Source: a virus
Taxonomy: Duplodnaviria > Caudoviricetes
Virus record (IMG/VR): IMGVR_UViG_3300033072_000033
Span: 7,788 to 71,787 of that record
Direction: 5' to 3' (one strand)
DNA: 64,000 bases
The translations under genes and the position numbers were made by a program. Below are positions 44,563 through 53,662 of this stretch, piece by piece. The notes under the pieces are model-generated. The model saw only the letters and a program-made list of their open reading frames with translations, made no database searches and was not told the DNA's origin. Each line of letters starts with the position of its first letter. Position 1 is the first letter of the stretch.

Positions 44563-44913
44563 ATGAGTATGTCTATTGATGTTAAGCGTTTTGTTGACGC
44601 ATGTGATCAAGAACCATCACAAGCCAATGTTGATCTGTACAAAGAGCTTATTCGTGAAGAGTATGAAGAATTCCTTGAAGCATGTAATGAGAACGATGAA
44701 ATTGAACAGCTTGACGCCTGTATGGATATGATCTGGGTTATTCTAGGTTATTGTCACATGAAGAAGTATAAAGTCCAAGAAGCCTGGGATGAAGTTGCTG
44801 ATTCGAATCTCTCAAAGATTGACACTGCAACCGGTAAAGTCATCAAACGCGCCGATGGTAAAGTTCTCAAGCCAGCAAATTGGAAAGAACCAAATCTATC
44901 GAAGTTTATCTAA
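44563..44913 (+). CDS. MazG/PRA-PH-like nucleotide pyrophosphohydrolase
   Basis: LIREEYEEF, LDA..D.IWV..G, V..SN.SK, R.DGKVLKP. Confidence 0.8.
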   Translation: MSMSIDVKRFVDACDQEPSQANVDLYKELIREEYEEFLEACNENDEIEQLDACMDMIWVILGYCHMKKYKVQEAWDEVADSNLSKIDTATGKVIKRADGKVLKPANWKEPNLSKFI

Positions 44914-44941
44914 CATTATTGCCGCACACTAACAACGGCAA

Positions 44942-44950
44942 TGTTATAAT
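44942..44950 (+). promoter_or_regulatory. Extended -10 promoter (TGT-TATAAT) with upstream inverted repeat
   Basis: TATAAT at 44945-44950; attgccg/cggcaat at 44918-44942. Confidence 0.6.
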
Positions 44951-44980
44951 GTATTTTCTATGTTAACAAAGGTGAAGTAT

Positions 44981-45205
44981 ATGAACACTTACAAACTCGC
45001 AAAACAAATCGCTGAAACTCTCGGACTAACCAAAGCAGTTAAGTATGATCTGTTCCTGCGTGAGTATGATGGTCTCGTGGAACTCGTTGGTCTGGTAGAA
45101 GATCCAACGTATGATATGAATGATTTCCGTGGTCGTGAAATGCTGTTCCCTAAGAAATGGGTAACGCTGGAAGTTCTCGATCCTTCTTATAAGGTGGCTG
45201 TATGA
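44981..45205 (+). CDS. Hypothetical protein
   Basis: ATG 44981 with AAAGGTGA RBS. Confidence 0.6.
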   Translation: MNTYKLAKQIAETLGLTKAVKYDLFLREYDGLVELVGLVEDPTYDMNDFRGREMLFPKKWVTLEVLDPSYKVAV

Positions 45206-45510
45206 TTAAGGTAGTAACATTTAAAACAAACCATACCATTATGGGTGCTGTGACTGAAACCGAACATGGCGTTGAAGTTAAAAAGCCAGTTCAAGTGATT
45301 TCAGTTCCTCCGTCGCATGAAAGTCCTCAAGGTGGTATTGGCTTCGCACCATTCCTAGAGTTCACTGATGAATGGCAAGTTGGTATTGAGATTGCTCTGG
45401 AAGATGTACTGACGATTAACACTCCTGTACGTGAGCTAGAGAATCGGTATAATGAGGTCTTTGGCAGTGGCATCCAAATTGCTTCTGCTGGCTCAATTCC
45501 AAAAGTATAA
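45202..45510 (+). CDS. Hypothetical Sm-like protein upstream of gp43
   Basis: Usual position in T4-like phages; ends FGSGIQIA. Confidence 0.6.
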   Translation: MIKVVTFKTNHTIMGAVTETEHGVEVKKPVQVISVPPSHESPQGGIGFAPFLEFTDEWQVGIEIALEDVLTINTPVRELENRYNEVFGSGIQIASAGSIPKV

Positions 45511-45512
45511 CA

Positions 45513-48062
45513 ATGTCCAAGTTCTACACGAGCGTTATCAGTGTAGGCAACAACATCCTTTATCGGGGTGTTAAAGACGGTCGGCGGGTGCGTATGAAAA
45601 TTGCGTATCAGCCGACTTTATATTTGCCTACTAAGAAACAAACTCAATTCAAGACTCTCCATGATGAACCACTAGAGCCTATGGTATTTGGTGGTATTAG
45701 AGATGCCCGTGATTTCGTCAAGAGATACGAAGATGTCGGCAATTTTAAGATCTATGGTAACTCTAGATTTGAGTATGCGTTTATTGCTGATGAATTTAAA
45801 GGTATGGTTGATTGGGATCAGGACCACGTTTCGGTTGCAGTAATTGACCTTGAAGTGGGTAGTTCCTCTGGAATGCCGGATGCATATAAGGCTGATAATC
45901 CGATTACAGCCATTTGTATTAAGTATATGAATGGCGAAACGCGGGTATATGGTTGTGGCGACTTCAATAATACTAAAGAAGGTGTTCGGTATATTAAATG
46001 TGCTGATGAATATGAACTCTGTAAAAAGTTTCTAGATGACTGGATTGAAGACTGTCCTGATGTTCTGTCGGGATGGAATATTAAGTTCTTTGATATTCCT
46101 TATCTGGTTAATCGGTTCACTAAGATTCTCGGAGAAGATGCCGCTAAGAATTTGTCCCCCTGGCGAATGATCCGAGAGCGTACAGTCAAGAGTACCTATG
46201 GAGAAAAGTTAGCATACGAACTCTGTGGTGTCGCTACGTTTGATTATATTGAACTGTATAAGGCATATGCTCCCGGTGGTAAATCTCAGGAATCATACCG
46301 ACTGGACAATATCGCCAACGTAGAACTTGGTGAACGCAAACTATCTTATGATGAATATGATAGCCTTCACGATCTATATGTACAAGATTATCAGAAATTC
46401 ATTGAATATAATATACAGGACGTTGAGCTTGTTATTAGACTTGAAGATAAACTGAAACTGATTGAACTGGGTTTGACTCTTGCGTATGACACTAAATCTA
46501 ATTTTGAGGACATCTTTGCCCAGACTCGGATGTGGGATGCGCTAATCTATAATGATTTGTTAGAGAAAAATATCATTGTGCCACCATCTCAGGTCAGCGA
46601 GAAGGATGGTCGCTTTGAAGGTGCGTTCGTTAAAGAGGTTCAAGTCGGTATGCATCACTGGGTTGCTAGTTATGATTTGGATTCGTTACACCCCCACATC
46701 ATGATGGGATCCAACATGTCACCAGAAACAGTGATTGATGTTGCCGATTACACTAAAGAGATGCGGGATATCGTTTCTCAAGGTGTTACTGTTGACAAGA
46801 TGTTGAATAAACAGATTGATACCTCTGTACTTGATGGATTGAAAGTAGCACTGACTCCCACTGGCAACTTCTTTAGAACAGATAAGCAAGGATTTCTTCC
46901 TGCAATTTTGGAGCGGCTTTACACAGATCGCAAGAAGTATAAGCGAATGATGTTGGACGCTAAGAAAGAGTTGGAGAAGGAATCAGACCCTATCAAGCGT
47001 CGAGATATTGAAAAACGAATTGCTCGATACAATAATATTCAGTTAGCGAAGAAGCTTAGCCTTAATTCGTGTTTTGGTATTACTGGTTCCCGATACTTCC
47101 GATTCTATGATCTGAGAATTGCTGAATCTGTTACTGTGTCAAGTCAGTTAGCGATTCGATGGGTTGCAAATGAGATCAATCGGTATTTGAATACTTTGCT
47201 GGATACGAAGGCTGATTATGTGATTGCTTCTGATACTGATTCGGTTTATGTTCGTCTTGGTGAATTGGTCGATAAAGTTTATGGCTCTGAAGTTGATAAG
47301 ATGCCGAAACAAAAGATCATTGACTTCATGGATAAGGTTAGTGAGGATAAGATTCAGCCATTGATCCAGAATACATATCAGGAATTGGCTATCTATACCC
47401 ATGCGTATGCTCAGAAGATGAATATGAAGCGCGAAGCCCTAGCCGATAAGGGGATTTGGACAGCTAAGAAGCGTTATATCCTAAATGTGTATAATAATGA
47501 GGGGGTTCAATATTCCGAACCAGATTTGAAAATTATGGGATTGCAGGTTATTCAATCCTCAACACCCCTCGTTGTCAGAGATCGAATGAGAGAAACTATT
47601 GAACTCATGATCAAAGGTACTGAAGCTGATGTCCAGGCATGTATCAAGAAGTTTAAGGATGAATTTAAGACACTACCACCCGAAGAAGTCTCATTCCCTC
47701 GTGGCTGTAACGGGTTGAAAGAGTATGCGGATTCGGTTACGTTATATCGAAAAGGAACCCCGATTCACGTCAAGGGCGCTATTCTTTATAACCACTACCT
47801 GAAGAAACAGAATCTCGACAATAAGTATCCGATCATCCAAGAAGGCGAGAAGTTAAAGTTTACATACTTAAAGAAACCAAATCCATTCCGCGATTCGGTC
47901 ATCTCATATCCGGGGCGACTACCAGAGGAATTCGGATTACACTCTTATGTTGACTATGACACTCAATTCCAAAAGACCTATCTGGATCCGATTAAAGGCA
48001 TCCTGGATTGTATCGGTTGGCAGCACGAAAAGGTTAATTCACTCAACGGATTTTTCGCATGA
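45513..48062 (+). CDS. gp43: Family B DNA polymerase gp43
   Basis: Exo I DLE, Exo II GWN..FFDIPY, Exo III YNIQD; pol motifs DLDSLHP, K..LNSCFG, SDTDS, KKRY. Confidence 0.96.
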   Translation: MSKFYTSVISVGNNILYRGVKDGRRVRMKIAYQPTLYLPTKKQTQFKTLHDEPLEPMVFGGIRDARDFVKRYEDVGNFKIYGNSRFEYAFIADEFKGMVDWDQDHVSVAVIDLEVGSSSGMPDAYKADNPITAICIKYMNGETRVYGCGDFNNTKEGVRYIKCADEYELCKKFLDDWIEDCPDVLSGWNIKFFDIPYLVNRFTKILGEDAAKNLSPWRMIRERTVKSTYGEKLAYELCGVATFDYIELYKAYAPGGKSQESYRLDNIANVELGERKLSYDEYDSLHDLYVQDYQKFIEYNIQDVELVIRLEDKLKLIELGLTLAYDTKSNFEDIFAQTRMWDALIYNDLLEKNIIVPPSQVSEKDGRFEGAFVKEVQVGMHHWVASYDLDSLHPHIMMGSNMSPETVIDVADYTKEMRDIVSQGVTVDKMLNKQIDTSVLDGLKVALTPTGNFFRTDKQGFLPAILERLYTDRKKYKRMMLDAKKELEKESDPIKRRDIEKRIARYNNIQLAKKLSLNSCFGITGSRYFRFYDLRIAESVTVSSQLAIRWVANEINRYLNTLLDTKADYVIASDTDSVYVRLGELVDKVYGSEVDKMPKQKIIDFMDKVSEDKIQPLIQNTYQELAIYTHAYAQKMNMKREALADKGIWTAKKRYILNVYNNEGVQYSEPDLKIMGLQVIQSSTPLVVRDRMRETIELMIKGTEADVQACIKKFKDEFKTLPPEEVSFPRGCNGLKEYADSVTLYRKGTPIHVKGAILYNHYLKKQNLDNKYPIIQEGEKLKFTYLKKPNPFRDSVISYPGRLPEEFGLHSYVDYDTQFQKTYLDPIKGILDCIGWQHEKVNSLNGFFA

Positions 48063-48700
48063 ACATTAGAATCATTAAAACTGGCATCGATGTCTCCAAG
48101 ATCAAAGAACAACTTGAACTCTATAAAGACGATTGGAATAGTCAACGTAAATTAGATCATACTGGAGAAATGAGTCATGCAGATCTTAACTCTATTGATC
48201 GATCTACCGAAATCCTAAGACAGCAACAAAAGGAAATGACCGGAGTTGAGTTCGTTGATATCGAACACGGAGAACATGCCAAACATCGAGTCGGTGTTGA
48301 CGTTCTTCAGTTGGTTATGGGTGGTATTACAAAAGAGGGCGAAGATTCTCGTAATACTGAAGTCTGTATCGTCACACCAGCATTTGAACACCACACAGCA
48401 ATTGTCGATTTTGTACGGCAGCATTTCCGGTCACTAGGTCGATGTGGATTTCTGGCATTGGGTGTTGGTGAGGAAGTACTACCGCATATTGACATCGGGG
48501 CTTATTATTTGAACAAGGATCGGTATCATTTATCGATTGCTGGCAGATATAAGTACACGGTTGATGGTGAAGAGGCTATTATTGAACCAGGAACATTCTT
48601 CTGGTTTGATAATAAGAAAATGCATAGCTCGGAAAACATCGGAGAAGAAACACGGGTAACATTCGTTTTTGATGTGACTAAATCCGAGATTAATCCGTAA
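48059..48700 (+). CDS. Aspartyl/asparaginyl beta-hydroxylase-like 2OG-Fe(II) oxygenase
   Basis: PHID, RYHLSI, WFDNKKMH..N..R..FVFD. Confidence 0.75.
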   Translation: MNIRIIKTGIDVSKIKEQLELYKDDWNSQRKLDHTGEMSHADLNSIDRSTEILRQQQKEMTGVEFVDIEHGEHAKHRVGVDVLQLVMGGITKEGEDSRNTEVCIVTPAFEHHTAIVDFVRQHFRSLGRCGFLALGVGEEVLPHIDIGAYYLNKDRYHLSIAGRYKYTVDGEEAIIEPGTFFWFDNKKMHSSENIGEETRVTFVFDVTKSEINP

Positions 48701-48706
48701 TTTGAG

Positions 48707-48714
48707 TATAAATA
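48707..48714 (+). promoter_or_regulatory. Late promoter TATAAATA upstream of the 48772 endonuclease
   Basis: Exact consensus, intergenic; 7 bp hairpin tgtcaga/tctgaca at 48721-48740. Confidence 0.75.
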
Positions 48715-48771
48715 AAACCATGTCAGAGTGGGATCTGACAAAAAATACGATAACCCCAAGGAGAAAATAAA

Positions 48772-49827
48772 ATGGAAACACTAATGGATAAGATGCGTAA
48801 GTTATCCTTTAAAATTGATTATGAAACATATGATCCGAGTAAAATAGGTGAAAATGTAACTACGGATAAGAAATATAAGTTGATGATTAAGACCCATTGG
48901 GATACTGGGATTAATTATCTGTGTATCACGAAACGAAAAGATTATAGGCAATACAAAGGATCTGGTGTTCGGTGGAAGAAGTTATTGGAATCTCATCCCG
49001 GACCCGTGTGTACTTGGCTTATATTCTCGTCGGATGATATAGACGAGTTCAATCTCGTGTGTCAATATCATTCAGATTTTTATAATATCCCATTCAATGA
49101 AGACTTCGCCAATTTAGTTCCTGAATATGGTTATGAAGGTAATCAGGGGAATCTTCCTGCTTGGTGGCAATGTGCGTCAGAGGAAGATAAGCGAGTCGCA
49201 AAAGCTAAAATAAAGGTGACTCGTGAAAAAAATTGTTTAGAGAAGTATGGTGTGCATCATACTATGCATTTAGCCCTAGCTAAACTAAAAGAGAAATGTG
49301 CTGCGATGGGGTATGATCATGTGATGCGTATCCCAGAGGTTGCCGCAAAATGTAGAGCCGCAGGGAAAAAGACTCTCATGGAGCGTTATGGTGTTGAGCA
49401 TAATATGCATATTCCGGGGCTGAGTAAGCAAGTTGACGAATCCCGAAGACGCACTTTGAAAGAGATGTATGGTGTTGAATATATTCTACAGCTTGAAGGT
49501 ATGGCTGAACGAGTTAGGATTAAGCGAGAGGCTACATTAATGGAGAAGTATGGGGTTCCGAATATTTCTATGGTTCCTGGGGTTGCTGAAGCTCGTAGTG
49601 ATAAAATTAAAGCTGCATTGGCAAAGCGTGTTTATGAGAAGTGTCCGCACTGTGATTTTGAATCTAAAAACATAAAATTTCATGAACCATATTGCCCACA
49701 CAACCCAAATAGAAAAGAGCGAAAGACTGAAAAATGTGAGCACTGTGGAATAGAAACATCCCCATCAAATATAAAAAGATGGCATAATGACAACTGTAAA
49801 TTAAAAGGAAAACAAAATGGCGAATAA
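48772..49827 (+). mobile_element. Putative GIY-YIG-variant homing endonuclease with EKYGV repeats and Zn-finger tail
   Basis: YKLMIKTH..TG.NYL..T...Y.GSG..W; repeated LEKYGV/MERYGVEH; CPHC..H..C, CEHCG..H..NC. Confidence 0.65.
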
Positions 49828-50896
49828 GTTACTTGAAAAGATTCTTAAGACTAGTCCAACTAAACACACATCAGTGTTGGAAGATTCTGTGATGTTTAAG
49901 GAAAAGGATGTGATTCCTGTAGAAATTCCGATCATCAATATTGCATTTACTGGTGATCTTGATGGGGGTCTCAGTAGCGGGTTAACCCTCGTGGCGGGGA
50001 ATTCTCGCACTTTCAAGTCAAATTTGGCCCTTGTATGTGTTAAGGCTTTCTTGGATCGATACGAAGATGGTATTTGTATATTTTATGACTCTGAAGGTGG
50101 TGTCACCCCAGACTATCTCCGATCATTGAGTGTTGATCCATCAAGAGTTGTTCATATTCCAATCGAACATATTGAAATGCTTAAATTCGATATCGTTAAA
50201 CAGCTTAAAGAACTAGATCGAGATGATAAAGTTATTATTGTTATTGACTCAATCGGAAACACCGCGAGTCTCAAAGAATTAGATGACGCCATTAACGAAA
50301 AGTCTGTTGCAGAAATGCAGAGGGCTAAAAGTCTTAAGGGAATGTTCCGTATGATCACAGCATCCCTTGTGACTAAAGATATCCCTTGTATTGCTATCTG
50401 CCATACATATCAAGAGATGGCGTTATACCCGAAACAGATCATTAGTGGTGGTACAGGGCTAATATATGCCGCAAATCAGGCATTCATCATCGGTAAAGCA
50501 CAAGAGAAGGATGGTACTGATTTAGTTGGTTGGAACTTTACGATCAACATTGAAAAGTCTCGTTTTGTTCGAGAGAAATCCAAGTTCCCATTCCTCGTTA
50601 CATATGAAGGTGGTATTCAGAAATATTCAGGACTGATGGAGATCGCTCTTGAGGGTGGTTTTGTTACTAAGCCGAACGCGGGGTGGTATGCAAAGGTTGA
50701 TCGCGCTACTGGTGAAATCGGTGATAAGAAACGTATGGCCGATACATTATGTGCTGAATTTTGGGATCCAATTTTAAATGATAAGGAGTTTAAAGAGTAT
50801 GTTAGAAAAAGTTACACAATCGGCTATGGTAGTCTTCTTGAAAAACCTGATCACCACGATGATCCCGAATTCCTGGAAGAAGACCCCGAAGATTGA
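49817..50896 (+). CDS. uvsX: RecA-like recombinase UvsX
   Basis: AGNSRTFKS P-loop, FYDSE, VIDSIGN, GGTG, EKSRFV.EKSK, GWY. Confidence 0.93.
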   Translation: MANKLLEKILKTSPTKHTSVLEDSVMFKEKDVIPVEIPIINIAFTGDLDGGLSSGLTLVAGNSRTFKSNLALVCVKAFLDRYEDGICIFYDSEGGVTPDYLRSLSVDPSRVVHIPIEHIEMLKFDIVKQLKELDRDDKVIIVIDSIGNTASLKELDDAINEKSVAEMQRAKSLKGMFRMITASLVTKDIPCIAICHTYQEMALYPKQIISGGTGLIYAANQAFIIGKAQEKDGTDLVGWNFTINIEKSRFVREKSKFPFLVTYEGGIQKYSGLMEIALEGGFVTKPNAGWYAKVDRATGEIGDKKRMADTLCAEFWDPILNDKEFKEYVRKSYTIGYGSLLEKPDHHDDPEFLEEDPED

Positions 50897-51179
50897 GTAT
50901 AAGTTCACAGAATCGCCGTATGATGATGCAACATGGGTGGAAATTACATCGGGAGTCTATTCCGGTGTAGTTTTCTCTTATGGAATGGTTAGTCTAGATC
51001 AAGATTCGTACTTGCCCCAGTTGAAGTTTAACTATAACATCCTTCAATCCGGCAAACATACGATTGACTCCTTGACTAACGATGACGAATTTGTTACTAT
51101 AATGGGTGACATCCTAACTGAGATTATTATTGAAAATGAACCGACTAGAACTAAGCATCCTGAAGAGCCTTATCTATAA
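50859..51179 (+). CDS. Hypothetical protein between uvsX and gp41 (start uncertain)
   Basis: Y.GVVFSYG.V, LKFNY.I, F...MGDIL..II; position occupied by gp40 in T4, homology not evident. Confidence 0.55.
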   Translation: MIPNSWKKTPKIEYKFTESPYDDATWVEITSGVYSGVVFSYGMVSLDQDSYLPQLKFNYNILQSGKHTIDSLTNDDEFVTIMGDILTEIIIENEPTRTKHPEEPYL

Positions 51180-52482
51180 TGAAGAGTTTACAAGAAAAGT
51201 AATCCCCTTCATTGACGCAGCATATTTCTCAGATCAAACCGAGAGGAATGTCTACCAAGAAGTATCAGATTTCGTCAACAAGTACAAAGCCCTGCCAACA
51301 CATGAAGCACTGGTGATCAATTTCACAGAGAAGAAGAATTTATCCGATGAGCAAGTTCACGGGGCCATCAAGCTACTCAAAGAACTGGATGACAACAAAG
51401 ACGAACCAACACAGACAGAATGGCTTGTAGAACAGACCGAGAAGTTTTGTCAGGATCGGGCTATCTACAATGCCATCATGGAATCAGTTTCTATTCTTGA
51501 TGATACTAAGGGAACTCGTGCTAAAGGTGAAATTCCGCAACTACTGAGTGATGCCCTTGGTGTGTCGTTTGATCAGAATGTCGGGCATGATTACACTCAA
51601 GACTCAGAATCTCGTTATGACTTCTATCACCGAAAAGAAAGCCGGATTAAGACTGATCTGGATTTGCTCAACCGAATCACTAAGGATGGATTTCCTAAAA
51701 AGACGTTGAATATTATCTTGGCTGGGACAGGCGTTGGAAAGAGCATGATGATGTGTCACTTGGCGTCATCATGTATCAGTAATGGAAATAATGTTCTTTA
51801 TATCACCCTTGAACTTGCCGAGGAGGAGCTTGCAAAACGGATTGATGCAAATCTACTCAACCTGACTATGGATGAACTTCTAGTCATACCACGAGAAGAT
51901 TATGCTCGAAAGTTCAGTACCCTCAAGAATAAAACTCATGGAAAACTAATTATTAAAGAGTATCCGACTGCATCTGCTCATGCTGGTCACTTCAGAGCAT
52001 TGTTTCAGGAATTGAAGATTAAGAAGAACTTCACTCCTGATATTGTATTCATTGACTATCTGAATATCTGTGCATCATCCCGCACCAAAATGGGGTCGTC
52101 CGTTAATTCATACACATATATCAAATCTATTGCGGAGGAGTTACGTGGTCTTGCAGTTGAAGCAAATGTCCCTGTCGTCTCAGCAACTCAAACAACTCGC
52201 AGCGGATTTTGTTTGGATGTAAATACCACTGTTACATCAAAGCGAGGGGATATTAAGATATCTGATGTGTGTATTGGTGATGAGTTGAGTTCAGATACTG
52301 GATGGAATGTGGTGAAAACTGTATTCCCCCAGACTCGGAAAAAGATGTATCGTATCAAGACCGAAAGTGGTAAAGAAATTACAGCGTCAGAGGACCACCT
52401 TTTTCCAACCGAAACTGGAGAAAAAAATATTAAAGGTGGTTTAGGATTGCAAGATAGACTTTTTGTGGATGAGTTGGGATGA
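51136..52482 (+). CDS. gp41: Replicative helicase gp41, N-part ending in a 90 aa split-intein N fragment
   Basis: AGTGVGKS, DYLNI, KSIAEELRG, SATQTTRSGF followed by CLD. Confidence 0.94.
   Translation: MNRLELSILKSLIYNEEFTRKVIPFIDAAYFSDQTERNVYQEVSDFVNKYKALPTHEALVINFTEKKNLSDEQVHGAIKLLKELDDNKDEPTQTEWLVEQTEKFCQDRAIYNAIMESVSILDDTKGTRAKGEIPQLLSDALGVSFDQNVGHDYTQDSESRYDFYHRKESRIKTDLDLLNRITKDGFPKKTLNIILAGTGVGKSMMMCHLASSCISNGNNVLYITLELAEEELAKRIDANLLNLTMDELLVIPREDYARKFSTLKNKTHGKLIIKEYPTASAHAGHFRALFQELKIKKNFTPDIVFIDYLNICASSRTKMGSSVNSYTYIKSIAEELRGLAVEANVPVVSATQTTRSGFCLDVNTTVTSKRGDIKISDVCIGDELSSDTGWNVVKTVFPQTRKKMYRIKTESGKEITASEDHLFPTETGEKNIKGGLGLQDRLFVDELG
52210..52479 (+). mobile_element. Split intein N fragment (gp41-1-like)
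   Basis: CLDVNTTV (block A), ITASEDHLFPT.TGE.NI.GGL (block B). Confidence 0.92.
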
Positions 52483-52496
52483 TGATTGGATAATAT

Positions 52497-53246
52497 ATGG
52501 GATATATTTATAAAATTACTAATATAATCACTAATAAGATTTATGTTGGTAAAACAATTAAAACTATTGATGAGCGATTCAGAGAGCATATTAGCAACGG
52601 GAGAAAACTACAAGGAACTTCTTTGATAGCACATTCTCTTAGAGAGTATGGTACAATAAATCATAAAATTGAAGTTATAGAAGAGTGTTTTGATAATATT
52701 CTACAACGAGAGCAGTACTGGATTGACGAATTGAAAACTTTACATATTGGTTATAATGTGAAAAATGAGTATACTGAAGACTGTAGACGTTATTGGGGAT
52801 CTGAGGATATCGCAAAGAAAAATATATCAGGGGGTAAGGTATGGAATACTGGGATACCACCAAATAATGATGTTCGGAGAAAAATATCAGAAACCAAAAA
52901 AATCCGAGGCGCGTTAGGATTTTATGAAGGATCTTATGGTCATAAGCACTCTGATGAAACTAAACAGAAATTGTCGGAGATGGCTAAAAAACGTCCACCA
53001 CCAACGAGCGAAACTATTGAAAAGTTTCGACAACAATCATTAGACCGGATTTGTTATTATAGTATACAAGAGAAAAAACGTATATTTCTAAAACGCGGCT
53101 CTGTTGTGCCTGAAGGGTATGTTAAAGGTAAGGGGGCTTTTTGGGTCACTAAGGATGGTGAATCTTTGTGTGTAGATGTTTGGGACTGTGATCGTTATAT
53201 TAATGATGGATATATTAAAGGTAGGTGTGTATGTGGGAGAAAATAG
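52497..53246 (+). mobile_element. GIY-YIG homing endonuclease between the gp41 halves
   Basis: GYIYKITNIITNKIYVGKT, RFREH, REQYWI, GYN, HKHSDETKQKLSE (NUMOD3). Confidence 0.92.
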
Positions 53247-53662
53247 TAGATATTGTATGTGTTGGTGAGTGTGATGCTATCGATATTGAAGTTGATGGTA
53301 ATCATCTTTTTTATGCCAACAAAATCTTAACTCACAATTCGAATTCTGATGTTGGGCTTGAAGACACCTCCGAAAGTTTTGGTCTACCAGCAACAGCAGA
53401 CTTTATGATCGCCTTAATCAGTACCGAAGAACTCGAACAACTCAATCAACTCATGGTAAAACAGCTAAAGAATCGCTATGGAGACCCGAATCAATACAAG
53501 AAGTTTGTCATTGGTGTTGATCGATCCAAAATGCGATTATATGACGCTGAACAATCCGCACAAGTTGATATTGTTGATTCTGGACAACCTGATACACCAA
53601 TAAACAGTTTCGGTAATCGAGAGCGCAAATTCAGTTCTAAGTTCGATGGCGTTCGTGTATGA
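53231..53662 (+). CDS. gp41: gp41 C-part preceded by a 36 aa split-intein C fragment (53231-53338)
   Basis: IDIEVDGNHLFYANKILTHN/S then SDVGLEDTSESFGLPATADFM, KQLKNRY. Confidence 0.94.
   Translation: MWEKIVDIVCVGECDAIDIEVDGNHLFYANKILTHNSNSDVGLEDTSESFGLPATADFMIALISTEELEQLNQLMVKQLKNRYGDPNQYKKFVIGVDRSKMRLYDAEQSAQVDIVDSGQPDTPINSFGNRERKFSSKFDGVRV

Noticed and set aside
39818-48062. Firm call of a Z-base or deazaguanine genome
   Set aside because: No purZ, dpdA or que genes in this window; kept only as a hypothesis
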